From Phoronis australis (Eukaryota > Animalia > Phoronida), in NCBI GenBank assembly GCA_002633005.1, contig NMRA01000529.1, forward strand, positions 62,001-126,000: a stretch of DNA of 64,000 bases, given 5' to 3'. Shown here one piece after another: positions 48,801 to 61,711 of this stretch; the stretch's first letter is position 1; each line of letters opens with the position of its first letter. The notes under the pieces were generated by a model. The model did no database searches and was not told the DNA's origin. It saw only the letters and a list, made by a program, of their open reading frames with translations. A program made the position numbers and the translations under genes.

Positions 48801-48852
48801 AAAGCGAAGGGCAGTAATGGATGTTGGTGACATCGCTATGAAGACTATCTAG
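30687..48852 (+). CDS. DEG/ENaC (amiloride-sensitive channel family) subunit; 11 coding exons, 513 aa
   Basis: Exons join in phase to 1542 nt. Motifs: FQENTSGHG (HG), TM1, FPAVTVCNLN, GHQVDDFILGC, YGNCYSFN, GLTLILNIEQNEY, GVRMVVH, Cys-rich thumb, WPS, VYFEDLNY, TM2 SDLGGSVGLWIGWSVITIIE. Confidence 0.95.
30916..32147. other. Redundant (probably allelic) assembly overlap across the N at 31558
   Basis: 31559-32147 repeats 30916-31557 with scattered SNPs; single copy in the paralogue intron (~62420-62750). Confidence 0.75.
31473..31528. mobile_element. Terminus of the same TAG-ended element as at 24742; body collapsed into the N at 31472
   Basis: Reverse complement of 24742-24797; empty site aactcttt|cgagg at 32111-32123. 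Confidence 0.7.
32822..33088 (+). CDS. DEG/ENaC copy 1 coding exon 2 (TM1)
   Basis: IIKKVLWILVCIGG...FPAVTVCNLNQVR. Confidence 0.95.
34471..34615 (+). CDS. DEG/ENaC copy 1 coding exon 3
   Basis: SQDPFLEYLKIMRSEISHLNESAKFQAGHQVDDFILGCSYKGYEC. Confidence 0.9.
36891..37000 (+). CDS. DEG/ENaC copy 1 coding exon 4
   Basis: DIIQFFDSKYGNCYSFNG...STGPEH. Confidence 0.93.
37178..37338 (+). CDS. DEG/ENaC copy 1 coding exon 5
   Basis: LTLILNIEQNEYLPFTQEAGVRMVVH...PGKQTMVGIRQ. Confidence 0.95.
37844..37954 (+). CDS. DEG/ENaC copy 1 coding exon 6
   Basis: IQISRIGHPHGECIDP...YSHQ. Confidence 0.9.
39392..39518 (+). CDS. DEG/ENaC copy 1 coding exon 7 (thumb)
   Basis: ACKKSCYQDAIVNRCGCFNPNYP...ACNY. Confidence 0.93.
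40028..40620 (+). mobile_element. Degenerate Penelope-like element fragment (RT C-terminus + GIY-YIG endonuclease)
   Basis: YRKPSQTDQ..SNHPVQQKRSVLRT and VVYQLSC...YIGETKRTL motifs with frameshifts. Confidence 0.8.
41530..41885. repeat. Structured non-coding repeat: 23-bp-arm hairpin, B-box-like motif and 24-bp palindrome
   Basis: Arms 41558-41580 / 41601-41623; GGTTCGACTCC near 41804-41814; cgttatctcactagtgagataacg at 41836-41859. Confidence 0.6.
41938..42010 (+). CDS. DEG/ENaC copy 1 coding exon 8
   Basis: ECDADITSEIIDGVINCDCPLSC. Confidence 0.9.
44495..44552 (+). CDS. DEG/ENaC copy 1 coding exon 9
   Basis: ESAYDLTISTSQWPSDAYK. Confidence 0.9.
45535..46493. mobile_element. Internally deleted Kolobok DNA transposon in channel intron 9
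   Basis: TTAA on both sides, AG...CT ends, ~155-bp TIRs; + strand KolX-like ORF; - strand transposase remnant GAQVTIQWECVA*HYGKWDS...GMPEVHL. Confidence 0.85.
45869..46228 (+). pseudogene. Truncated KolX-like ORF (P2X7 C-terminal/ballast-like Cys-rich domain)
   Basis: YMFEPEY...RRGDTSWCKCTVCVVMPTSIECLCCSE; cut by the internal deletion near 46170. Confidence 0.75.
46582..47347. repeat. Dispersed MITE-like repeat of the same family as ~24000-24480 and ~54790-55140
   Basis: Starts TTAAAGG; shares tttcagatactat.ct.tatgc and tcac.tgaccta blocks. Confidence 0.5.
47381..47542 (+). CDS. DEG/ENaC copy 1 coding exon 10
   Basis: ...KRNFLKVSVYFEDLNYEEIRQSPAYT. Confidence 0.93.
48676..48852 (+). CDS. 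DEG/ENaC copy 1 coding exon 11 (TM2, stop)
   Basis: TSSLISDLGGSVGLWIGWSVITIIELLEF...KTI*. Confidence 0.95.
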   Translation, partial: TSSLISDLGGSVGLWIGWSVITIIELLEFVSDVIVFSCRKKSKRRAVMDVGDIAMKTI

Positions 48853-49372
48853 CGCTTGGTAGCCTGGCATACAGCTTTAATCGCATATCAGGGCTCCAGA
48901 TTAGCAGCTTGTTTGTAGTTATAGCAAAGATTCTGCCAGATATTCGATAGGAGACTACTATTTCTTCAGACTTACTTTGTTCTGAACACACTTTTGGAAG
49001 TTGACTAGTCTACTGCGCGTCGTGATTTTTACTGACTGTCTCAATTGATTGACAGGAGTATGCGCAGATGAAATAAAGGGACAAGTCATAAAGTCATCGG
49101 CCTAACTGTGCGCACCAAAGTCAGTGAGACACACATGTGGGCTCCTGCATATCGGTTTCGTCAATTTTAATATTTCGAAGCAATTTGGAGTGGTGTAGGT
49201 TAAAGACGTTGTAACCCATGTGGTGCTTTAAAACATCAACTCTCTAAGTAGTGTACTTTGTATTCTTCTGTCTGTTGCCCGTGTCTTAGATAGGCGGTCT
49301 TGTATTCAGCAGCTTACCCAGGACGTCAACCTTTCGTCATGTGCGAAACAAAGCCGTCACATGAGACATTAA

Positions 49373-49802
49373 AGGCGAAGGCAACATTTTTCCATGTCAT
49401 TTTGAGCTAAAATAAGGTTGGTTGGTTATCCTCGACATATTTTCCACTTAATTACAGCTTTTCGTAATTTTATAACTTACTCGTCCGCTACTCCGGAAGT
49501 GACGTTTTAGGAGGCAAGCGTTTCCCGCCACTTGGTTTTGCGTTGGCTTTACCGTGCAAATCTGTTCTATTCTACTTTTGTTTTGTGCTGTTTTTCAACA
49601 ATTGTCGCCACCACTTTCCATCGGCGAGTATTCTGCGGCAAGATAGGTTAGTAGAGAACTCAAATACGTTAGATTTAGGGATTGTTTAGTGTGTTGTAAG
49701 CTGAAAATGGCTGGAGTCAGNAATTAAGTGGAAAATATGTCTAGGATAACCAACCAACCTTATTTTAGCTCAAAATGACATGGAAAAAGGTTGCCTTCGC
49801 CT
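49373..49802. mobile_element. Second copy of the Kolobok element; interior collapsed at N 49721
   Basis: TTAA flanks; near-identical TIRs and left arm up to the KolX start aaaATGGCTGGAGTC. Confidence 0.85.
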
Positions 49803-50772
49803 TTAAACAAACGGTGTTGTAGTTGGTCTTCACCTTAGGGCTCCTATAAGGACCCTGAATTTACGTTAACTTCGTAGTTCTATAATTCTACAGTCATATC
49901 CCTGTCCTACAGAGGTACTGTAAGAAGCGGGGTCGGCATAGATTCTGTGCACCCCACATCCGTAGTTACATGTACAAGCAATGAGAAATTTTGTCTTTCC
50001 GCCAGTTTGCAGTCTAAGCTTCCAAACAAGACTGAAGATTAAAGGCGAAGCGACGTAGTGTTCGGAGTGACACTGGTATCGCAAGGGAGATAAATTTGGT
50101 ATCCGGGGGAGACTCAGGGAGAAATTAAAGTTTGTTTCGTAGACTTCATAACACATGCTTGTTTACTATTCCTCGTAACATACTCAATTATTTTTTGTAT
50201 CACAATAAGATGATTGAAACGTCAGCGGACTGAATTGTTTTCAGAAACGAGCCTCAAGCATGCGCCCACCCACGGCTTTAGGCTGGGTGTGTAAATGCTA
50301 AGAATAATCACCAAGTCATACTAATTTGCCAAAAAAAATCAGATATCCACATACTTAAAAATCTGTGCTTGAAGAAACTTATTACAAAAATTTTGTATTG
50401 TGACTGGCATTCGTTCTTCGTCTAAATGATAGATGGCGTCGCTGTTTGATTACAGGGAGACTGTGGAAGCAACTACCAGTCGAATCTGCCATACTCGTGT
50501 ATTTTGTCTTCGTTGTAAGACCCAATGGCATAAGAGCGGAGACACTTAAGGCGGTTATGACCCTTTGTTCTGTGCAAAAGAAAAATGTCATCTCGGACAC
50601 AACTCATTTTAAATTTGCTTTCATATTGTAATGTCCCCTATGGTTTCTAAGAATTTTAGTCTCCACACCGGTGGCTGGCCACCTCAACGTTAAATATTTC
50701 TAAAAGTGCAATCATTTATGGTATGAAAAGGCATGAATTCAATGTCAAGAGAAAACAATTACAGAAAGAAAA

Positions 50773-53700
50773 TTTTATTAATGAGACGTTTTATGGCAGA
50801 CAGTAGCTAAACACAGTTCAACGCAACGGGTTGGACTTTATAGCAAACACACCGCCTTCCGAAGGGGGTACTAAACAGGTGTCGTCAAGGGGGTGCACCA
50901 AGCATCTGTTAACTGGGGGTTACAAGATCAAGATGTTTACCATTCAGCGTTAAAGGCCGCATTGACCATTTAAGCTTCCAAGTGAACATAATCACCTTTG
51001 TTTTGCTACCACTAATGTCTAAGCCGACTGACTTAGCCCATGTGGCTGTTGTATTCAGTGCTCTTTGAGCAAGATAGCGACATGTGTCAGGATCGATGTT
51101 AGACACACTGAGAACAATATCATCTGCATAGGCTTGAACATACAAGCTTGGACCCATGTCAGTAGATAATTGTCGAAGCAAACCATCCACAACCATGTTA
51201 GAGAGGGTGGGTGAGGCAGCGCCACCCTGAGGTGTTCCTCTGGTGATGCGAACAGCCACTCTCACATTGTCAAGACAAGCAGTCACAGATTGACTTCCAA
51301 GCATGTTAATGATCCACCTGGTAAGACACCTATTCACTTTAAAGTGGTTCAGTGCAATTCGAATCGCATCATGCTTAATATTGCTGAAAGCACCAACAAG
51401 ATCAATGAAGGCATAGAGGGCAAATTGTTTATTAAAAACAGCCCTTTCCAGTCTAGCAACCAGATGACGTAGAGCGGTCTCCGTAGAGAAGCCAGGCCTA
51501 TAAGCATACTGATTGTTCTGAAGTTTGTTCTGTATTCCTTGTTTATCAAGATGCCACAGAATGAGCCTTTCCACAGTCCTTTGAGAAGAAAGGATGATAA
51601 AGTTATAGGCCTAAATAATTCAGCCAAAAGGTATGAGTTCTTCCCTGGTTTAGGAATGAAGCTTCAGTCCAAGTCTTAGGGATAAAACCTAGTCTAAGAC
51701 TGGCTTTGTAAGTTGCTGTGAGTATATGGAATAGTGGTATCCCAGCTTCTTGCAACATTATAGGATATATCATGTCTAGTCCTGGGGACTTCCATGGTTT
51801 AAAAGACTTTAGAGCTAACTCCACGAGATGTGGTGTGGCTACGTTATCAACATCAGCATAAGCTAATGGTTCACACTCCTCTGAGTCAGTCACTTTTGAA
51901 TATTGGTTCGACAGGTTTACACTATCAGGATAGTGCTTATCCATCATGACTTCGAGTATTTCCTCGGCGGAGAATGTGAATGAGCCATCCTCTCTTTGAA
52001 TGACCTAGAGTCTGGAGGAGTGATTCTTCTTAAGCAATTGCATCAGCCTTGCAGATGGAGAGAGGCTGTTAGTTTGCTGACAGAAATTCCTCCAGGAATT
52101 GCGCTTTGCTTTGCGTGTGGAAGACTTAAACATACGATAGGCAAGATGATATGCATCCCAGCACTCGTCAGTGTCAGTCCGAATTGCCGCTCTGTGAGCT
52201 TTACGTGCCTTACCCCGAAGTGCTGCCAGTTCTTTGGTCCACCAAATCTGTTGTTTTGGTTTCCCAGTGACCTTAATACAGCGTTTGGGGCAAGAAATAT
52301 CTAGTGACTTGGTCAGGGCATTGTTAATGTCATCTGCCAATTTGTTAACATCAGAACGAGTCCTGATATTTGTTGTTTCTAGAGTAGAAAGAAGTTTGGA
52401 AACCTTTGAACGATAGAGTTCCCAGTTCACCTTATTGGTGTTCCTATACTCAGTAAATAGTGGAACAACGAAAGTCGCCACTTCAAACCTGATGTATCTG
52501 TGGTCAGATAAAGAAGGTGAAAAATCCACTCTCCAATTAGTTACCACATCAACAGCAGGCAAATTTAGCAGAGTAAGGTCTATAACCTGCTGGCGGTTTC
52601 TGACAACAAATGTGGACTCATGGCCCTTGTTGCATATTAAAAGTTGTGAGCTGACAATAAACTCTAGAAGTACCTCACCTCTTGGGTTGGTGTCAGTGCT
52701 GTGCCACACCTCGTGATGTTAATTGGCACCACAACAGATAACCAAAGGGATATTCTTGGCTCTGCAGTGATTGGTGATTTGTTGCAGTTTAGGTGGGGGT
52801 GGGTTCTCGGCGGAGTCCCCTGGCATATAGGCTGAGACCCACCATAATGTGCATATTAGACAATTTGGTCTTAGTGTATCACAGGACACTGCCACAGTGT
52901 CCCTGTCACAAAACTCAGGAAGGATTCTTGAGGTTATGTCCTTGGATACCAGAATCGCAGCCCTGGGTTTGATGCTGTTACCCATTGAAGCAATATAAGA
53001 TTTGGCATTCCTAGGAGTGTTCATCATTGCGCTTCCCCGACAGCACGGCTCTTGTACGAAGGCCATGAATAGGGTATTGCACTCAAGCGTCTGCTGCAGA
53101 AGCACTGATGGGTTGTTGGCCCGGGGCAGATTTATCTGCCAGATTTTAATCTCATGATTCATTTCATCATGTTAAGAATACAGTGACTGTCTATGCAGAC
53201 TCCACATCACTCGTGAGTGGGGAAGGAGCCAGAGAAGATCCGTCATTGGATGGTACAGGTTCAGAAGCCTCAGCAACATTCCCTACCTCAGTCGTTTCAT
53301 CACCCACGTCCATTTCTGCTGACTTTGTGGTGGGCACACAGTCAGCTTCCATGTCCGAGGTTGACATCCCTTCTGAGGCCTGGACAAAAGCTTTGGCCCC
53401 CTTACTGCTTTTGCCCCTAGCTCTAAAAAGCACACGCCCAGCAAAGCCACACAAGGGACGAAAATCCATCCCCCGGAGAACCTGTCAAGCGGACTCTTCA
53501 AAGGCTAGGACAATGGTAAATCCCTTAGAGGGATATTTTAACGTTGGTTTGATGGCAGTCATTGACACCACATGAACCTTTGTCATATTCAGGTCATCGT
53601 TGCACTCCTTAAGGACCAACAAGAACTCATCCTTATTAGAGGCAACTTCCTCTGACACATGACAGAAGGCCTTGAACACAGGAGGTACATGTAGATCGCC

Positions 53701-54787
53701 TGGACCCATCACGTGGTACTCTGACCTGTGAGAGTCAGGACCATCAGGAGTAAGTTCCTTACACTTAAGTTTGACCCAGTCAAGGGTAGATGAGTTGTCA
53801 CAGGCAATCACCAGTTTGCCCTTTTCAAGTCTCACTGACTTAATATGAAGCGGGACACGGGGTCTCTGAGGTTTGACAAATGCCATCTGTAGTCGGCGCT
53901 TCAGACGCTTAGCCTCGTCCTCATTTAGTGGTGGCTCACCAGCCTTTGCAGCCACAAAGACACTAAGATCTTTCTTAGCCTCGCTAGCATAAGGTAGTTT
54001 ATCCACTTTAGCCACTTTAGAGGATGCCCCAGGAGTCGAACTGTCAGACTTAGGGCGCTTAACACTCTGCTGAACATCGATTTCTAGGTTTTCAAGCTTC
54101 TTCTGAGGCGCCTGGCGAGCTCGCTTTGTCTTCCGCCAAGCAGCAGCAGAGGGACGGTGGGAGCTGCCATCAGGCCCAGTTGAAGTCTTTCCGCCACCAT
54201 TCGCTCCGTGAGGAGTGTCCGGGGCAGGTTTGGGGTTCTCGTCAGCAGCCACCCTAGCCGCTTTCACAAGCTTGGTAATCTCACTTTCCACTCTCATAGA
54301 AGAGTCCAGTGATTTCCCAGAGCAAGCGTCCACAGTAGGGGGTGCTTCCACTTGCCTTATAGAAACTCCTAGGGAGGAGTCTTTGAGGCGGACGTCCGTG
54401 GCCGCAAAGACCACATTCGACTGCCCTGTGCGCTGGTCACTTGAACCCTGACCAGGGTGGGTTATTGGTTTTCGCNNNNNNNNNNNNNNNNNNNNNNNNN
54501 NNNNNNNNNNNNNNNNNNNNNNNNNNNNNNNNNNNNNNNNNNNNNNNNNNNNNNNNNNNNNNNNNNNNNNNNNNNNNNNNNNNNNNNNNNNNNNNNNNNN
54601 NNNNNNNNNNNNNNNNNNTGGAGGCACTGCACGAGTCTTGTTGTGGGAGAAGCTATGTACTGACAGTCGGAACTGAACAGCGGCGGAAGCTGAAAGCAGA
54701 GCACTAAGCAGAGTTAGATACTACTACTAACTACACTACCACACTAGACACTAAGCACCACAACCTGTGGTCGAAACCACCAACACA
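50773..54787 (-). mobile_element. Degenerate non-LTR retrotransposon (LOA/R1-related): ORF1, APE endonuclease, RT
   Basis: ORF1 ~54470-53191; APE WQINL..QEP..SAYMP..N.RGE.L..TF..IDLT..SDH (53162-52490); RT KSPGLD, QYAYRPGFST, RGTPQGG, YADD; stops and frameshifts; RT cut before the KYLG motif; ends approximate. Confidence 0.9.
54476..54618. other. Assembly gap (N run)
   Basis: Run of Ns. Confidence 1.
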
Positions 54788-57700
54788 TGGGAATTGTATT
54801 AAGACCGACCCACTTTTATATGAGAAACTATCCAAATTAAGGGTTGTATTATTTTAATTTTAAATAAAGCGAAATTACATGATGATTTAGAAAACAGTGC
54901 GTTCTTGAGATGTCATGTTGAAAATTTGTGTCAAATGAGATTTTGTCATGTTATTGATACAGTTGTTCTGCTGTGGACTTTTGGGTTAATTATTCGTTTT
55001 TTCTTCGGTCTATTTCTATAAAAAGTCATGATCACGTGACCTAGTTAATAGCAAATTTTGTCAATCAAGCATCAAAATCTATAGCCTTTCATCTTTAGAA
55101 AATATTGATATTTTTCCAATTTAAAATCTTACTGATATTTGTAGATACTTAGGTTAATAGACATTTTGATAAAGTCCTATATAACCGTAACACTATATTT
55201 AAACTAAATACCGTAAAAGCTGTATTTGGAATCATATGTTGCTGAAGATTCAGCCCCGTAGAGTAATTTTCTGTCGTTATTATTCACAAATGAACACCAT
55301 AGACCACTTTGACCAACAGACAAGTTCACGTTCATCAAACGTGCCCTCCCTCTCGTGTCGGGCGCCTACGTTTGTCACCGCCTGGCTCTCCCAAATTTTC
55401 ACATCCTTTACAAACTCCGCCCCGTCCCTTGGTCGCCGTCAATAGTTGCAACTCATGCGCTAGGAATATCCACTGTTAAGAGGAGATTGACAAAAATCAT
55501 TTAGAGGACTACGTGCACAAGCATGGCGATTGTGGATAGTCCCGATAGTTTTGTGGTTTCAAGGTAGTGGTCCACCACACCGTACACTCGCTGTGAAACT
55601 GGCTTCTTCACCTGTTACTGATGACAGAATGGTAAGTTTCGGACTCCAGAACTGACTCTTTATCATCAAATATGTTTTCTCTCGATTTTTTCCTGTTGGA
55701 GTTACCCGAGTGTTGTACAGTTCCAGAGTCGTTCACGTGACGTAAAGTATCTTAATATTTTAGTAATGAACAGAAATGTCAATTTTTTGAGAACGCCACG
55801 TGAAGAAAGCACGATTTAAGTTCGTTTCTCGTCGAATGAACGAGGGTGTGGGGACATTCCGATTAAATTAAGAAAACACAAATATTTTTAAACTGTTGTG
55901 AAGTATTCAAAACTCGTTAAAGCAAAAGAAAAGGTGAGTTTATAATTTTGCAATCGTGACATTTTTACAAAAACGAAATTTTGTTTGAAACAGAATGGTA
56001 GTGAGAGGCAGTTAGATCATTCACTCCAAACAGTTGGCATGACAACCGTGCAGATGATTATTAATTTTTTACTGTCACTAGTCATGGTATCGTGATGCTG
56101 GTGATGGTGGTAATTACATGACGTAGGCATATGCGAAATGCAACCGTCGAAAGTTGGTTTTTGCAATTGTTATTATTTATAGAACGTTCATTTACCATTA
56201 ATCTCCACAAGGACTATTAATTGACGCATTGCTTCACTTGTGTTGTTGATTGAGTACGCGACGCTGGACACGTACGGCGCCTACATGGTGGATTATTGCT
56301 GAGGACCTTTCAGTACGACCGTGCTTATCTGTAATGTTTTGCCAAGCATCGTGAGGGCAGTTGCGACTCTGTAGACTCATAGTCGGTTGCACAGGGCTAC
56401 TCTATTACTCTACGTAGAAAGGACCGTCAAAGGTGAGCCTAGCAAGTACCAAATATTGTATAGTTCACTTCATCTCTGCACAAGTATAATGTATCTGGTG
56501 TCTTGAAACGGTGATTTAAGGTTTTGTTACGCACGGAAAATTTCAACAAATTTGGTTAAATTTGGAACTTCATATCTTGGAAAATGTTGAACGGACTCTA
56601 TGGTAACATTTACGTAGGATGCGCATTTTAATCTCTGTTCTTCAAAAGTGTTGCAGACATTCGCTTTAAAGCGTTCCACTCTTTGAATGAGGGAATTTTT
56701 TATTTTCATGAAAGTAATTTGAATACTGATGTAAAAATGATTATGTTATCAATACCATTCTTTTGTTATAATTATGGTAAATTACTTTTATATTTTATAA
56801 TATTCCGGGATATAATTTTCCAACCATTGCAAACAAGGTTGTCTGGAAGTTAACTTTGCTAGGTTCATATCATGTTTTCCTTTGAAGTTTTGTATTCCAT
56901 AAGAGGAAATAGCGATTAGGGTTCCTTCAGCAAATGACGGCCCAACACATCCATTAATTGTGAATCAAATAGGACGAATCAGTCAGACTCTGACTTAGGC
57001 TTGTATAGGCACTGGGGTAAGAAATACCTAAAACGCTGGTGTACGATAAAATACTTTCGTGGCTGTACCATCTGAAACAAGATTTGAAATCATTTTCAGA
57101 AATGTGCTTCTAGTATGGTTGATCAGCTGTCTCTCAATGTCGTCACTAAGATCATGGTGTACACCAAGATTTCCATACATAGCTTTACGTTCAGAGCTAC
57201 GGTATAAAGCTTAACTAAAATTAAAGAATTGTTTGGACAACTGATGCGCAACGAAGCATATTTAAAATATCATTTTCTTTGTTCATCAGTTTAGCAAACA
57301 TCTAATTATCGGAAAGTTTCCAGAGAAAGTTACGATACTTACAATAAAGACTCCGGTAGAGATGTCCGCGTTTGCTTATTCTGGCTGTGTTGCATCTTGT
57401 CAGGGACAACATTCAAACTGATTAATGTGAACCCGTATTTGCATACATAATAAATTAATTTGTGACGCAATGACCAGCAAGCTAATTTCATGAAATTGAT
57501 TGGCCACGAAAACGTGGGTGCAGGTGATTTACATAATGAAATGCACCCTATGGCAGTCAAGAATACAAACAGAATTTTGTATAATGGTGGCCATTTTTTG
57601 CATAAATTATGCAAATTTTTCATATAACAGCGTGCAGACGGATTTCATTAACTTAATTAATCATAGAAAGATGGGAGAAAATATCATTATAATCTACGTG

Positions 57701-58835
57701 TGGTGTTTTTATCATAGCTATCAGGCAGGTAGGTTTTTGATTAATGGGGGTCTCCATTTGCATAAAGTATGCAAATTTACGATTTTAGCTACTTGTAAAC
57801 CAGCTCCATTGACTTCACTGACCTTTTAAACATAGGTAAAAACACAAAGACATTCTGTATGTTGTAGTTGGTAAGGAAATTATAAGCAAAAAAGAATTTT
57901 CCATAATGGTGGCCCCAATTTGCATATTTAAAAGTGATGAAAGTTGTTACATGTACATGTGTAGTTACAACCTAACTAAAATTCTTCAGGGAGTTCATTT
58001 CAACACAAAGCAATTGAAAAAGCATATGATATCTACAAAGAATTCCTGCGTCTCCTTAGGGGACCCCACGGGGGGCAACTAGACTCTTTATCGGCTTTAC
58101 CAGATGTTTGAAATCATCAATTTCTTCTAGGCTCTATATTATTATCATGTTAGTACTAGTGCAAATCTTGTGGATTGCCAACACTATTTGACAATTGATT
58201 TCAAGTGTATCATTTCCATCCTCCAAGCGAAAAATTCTGAACCATGGTGGTTTTGATCATTTTGTCAGGCTTATTTTGCCGGATGAAATTATGAAATTAT
58301 TAGTTGTGCTGTTCGACAGTGTCTCCCGATGGTGATGGCAAAGGTGTTAGCGGATGGACAAACTTTGGCAGAGCAAATGTCGTGATTTTTGCCAAGAGGC
58401 GTTGGAGACCTGTTGGACTAGATAGCTAGTTGAAGTCAATCTGACTTGATGAATATAATCATCAGTATTATTAGTTAACATTTCTATTAAATTGATATAA
58501 AGCTTGTTACCACGGGCGGTAAACGGATCTCTTTACTACATGTCTAAGAAAGTGAATTCTGGATAAAAACTGGTTTCACTAAATTTCATTGAACCAATCG
58601 TTATACAATGAGTTTTCCCAAGTTGGGTTTCAATTCCGAAAACTTGTGGAAATGGTACAACAAAACTAATAATGTTTTAATGATTCGTTGGATTTGTGCA
58701 GACGGAGAAATGTGTCACAGGCATATTGCAAATTTTTAAAATGTGTTGAGCATTTATCTATATCCTTTTTACATTATTACCTCGGTGAAACACTCTGGCC
58801 ATGTTTTCCGCACAGTTAATAAACAAATAGAAAGA

Positions 58836-58997
58836 CAGGGGCAGTGGCGGTTTTAGGGGGAGGGCGCAAGGGAGCCATGCCTCCAAAATTTCTCCTGCAT
58901 TTTATTGGCATTTACGCGGTGCGAATGTCTGACGTGCAAAATCCTGGATAATACTCTGCCCTCGCTCCCCTAACTCACAATTCTGGATATTCCCCTG
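58836..58997. mobile_element. Small hAT-like MITE, absent from the paralogous site (~26312)
   Basis: cagggg/cagtggcgg ... cccctg termini; GC-rich left end. Confidence 0.55.
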
Positions 58998-61711
58998 ATA
59001 TTGTCTCCTAGCCAGTAGTCAGCTATTAAACCTATTTAACGGTTGGTTCACCGACTAAGGGTCTCCTTTGACGACAGCCGTGGCCAATGTCTTTCAAATG
59101 AAGCTATTTTAGAAAACACAGAGTTTTGCGCCATTACTCAGAAGGCGAATCCAATTTATGAACTTTTGCCGAAAATGAAAAAGATAAAGCGTTGTAAATA
59201 AAATTTAATGATACAGAATAAAATCCCTTTTCTAAGTCCACCATTGCTAAAAGACGGTAAATACTACGTTCATAGGTGAACCGGCTTAGATCATTTTGTG
59301 TAATATTGTTTTGCCCAATACATCTTCCCTTTATAAATCTGATGGTAAGTCAGTTTGACTCATGGCAATGTTTCCTTCGTCGTTAGTAACTTCGTTACAT
59401 TTTATTGTGATAATTTCTTTCTTCTAAATTTGCACCGCATTTGGTTGTTTTTGTTCACCCTTTACAATCCTCCTATATCGGAATCTTATAACATGACCTC
59501 TCATTAGACACTATCGAACACTGATTAGTTCCTTGTCGATTTTATTCAGAATTTCATCAAATAACTGAGAATGTCTGTTTTATGTTAACCCCAAGAGAAA
59601 ACGTTTTTCGTTTCTCAGCAGGTCATTTGCTTGTTACGTTGAGCCGAATTTTTCTTACCAAATTGTTTTGGTTCTTACATCCATTAAAAATGCTGCAAAA
59701 ACTAAAGTGTCGTCAATAGAAAACTGTATCACCAAGAGGAATAGCCAGGTTATCCTTATTACAATTCGTATTAAGTTTAAAAATAACTTCATAGTCTATA
59801 TTTTAGACATTGGGTTTTGTGTGCAAACTTGTCCATTGGGCTCTTTCTATTTTTGCTGACTTTATGGGAGAGATTTTTTCAAAGTGTATATGTTTTCGTA
59901 TATTCTCGTTGTCAAAAGTACTCTAAAGATTCTTCATAAATTAGCAGCTATCGTAGCAGTCGAGTTCAATAGCCTTATACAACGCAGTAGCCTAACTCAA
60001 CAATATACACGGTACACATTTGAGACCATGACACAACAATTACCATAGTTCTTATTATTTCTATTGCTTTATAATTATTAGATTGCAAGAATTCACAAAA
60101 TTATTCAAACCCGTACGCCCACATCTTAACATTTACAGCTGCAATATAGTTTCAGCAAGCTGCCAACCATTCTTCCTCTGTTAAACCGGGGATAATGTCC
60201 TGATTCATTTCACTCGGGGGATTCTCCACTAAATTTTAAAGAGGGTGTACATGGAAAATTAGAATACTATTTGAAGAATGAACTCAACAGAGAGCCATTT
60301 GTAGATATTTTCCATAACCAAAGTCAGTGTTCGTAAGATTTTGTTCCAGTCACCACCATTTTGTAGCGGCTAAGTCCGTAAACGTAGCACGTTCATATGG
60401 AATTTTGACAGCTGATATTTTAACCTCTTTTTGGCTCTGAAATTGTACAAATTGCAGCCAAAGTTTGAATATATTGATAATTTTAACAGTCCTTTAAAAC
60501 GAACTGGACAACGCCGTAATAAGCAAATGGTTTAATGGCAGAATATGACTAGATAACTATCCATTTATCAACAAATTTCGTAAAAATAATCTCTAATGCA
60601 AAGCTTTTTATGGAAGCCTGCGAATGTTCTCGGTTAAAGTTACACTTTGCCATGACGATATATTCTACAGTTGTAGCCAGTTACCGCCAAGTTCTCTCAA
60701 TTAAATGTACAAAAATAAATTACACGACACTTTTGTACATTCCGTTGAACCAGTCTATTGTAAATTAGAAATTTGAATACGTAATCAGCAGACAGCAAGT
60801 CAAAGTCTAGCGATTGCCCAAAACTATAATTTCATTGAACACAAAAAAACTTACTGGTACAGCTTCTAGCTGAAAAAACATCGCGAGTTATTCTGAAAAT
60901 TGTAGACATAGATCCCGAGTAATGTACATAACTGTTTATGACCAAATAACAACACTCTTATCGAAGCCAAGTGCTTACTCCAATAGATCAACATTGAACA
61001 CACGTGGGGTTGGATGTAATGGAATATCGCAAGTTGAGAACAATTTAATAGACGCGAGTAGTCTGGAATAAAGTTCGTTATTTACAACGTGGATCCATAA
61101 TCGTTTAATGGCCTTTCAGAAATTGCGTACAAACATGCACGTACAAATTGACTGCGGCTTGACTTGGTAACCGAAGTGGAACCATTCAACGTAAATAAAT
61201 GTTAAAATCGACTTCATTAGAATAAATGGCGATATTCGATTTTCGTCATCAGCACATTAAATAAGACAAAATGCAGCATAAATTTCACATTAATTGTGTT
61301 TACTCAATAGTGTGCTTATGAGTACACTATTGTGTTCAGTCATTATAGTGCTTATGAATACTCAACTGGCTCCCTAATCTTAACAACGAACTTCAAAAAT
61401 CTTTTCAGATGTAGGAGTTAGTCATACAATCGTAACATTGTCGTGAGCTTGTCCTAAAATAGCATGACACCATATGCATTCAAATGTCATCAACCACAAT
61501 GGGGGTCCACTGGCAATAACACCTTTCACTATCTCTCATCCTGTTTGTTGGGTAGGTCAATTTTGTAATGAAATCAAACCTCCATTATTGGATTTCGAGT
61601 TGCAACACTGACACCAAGAATTTGGCGAAGGACCAATTATCTGTGCTTAATCGAATATCGCCAATCGTCATTCAAAAAAGAAATGTTTTCGATTACTACA
61701 GTTTAGTGGCA

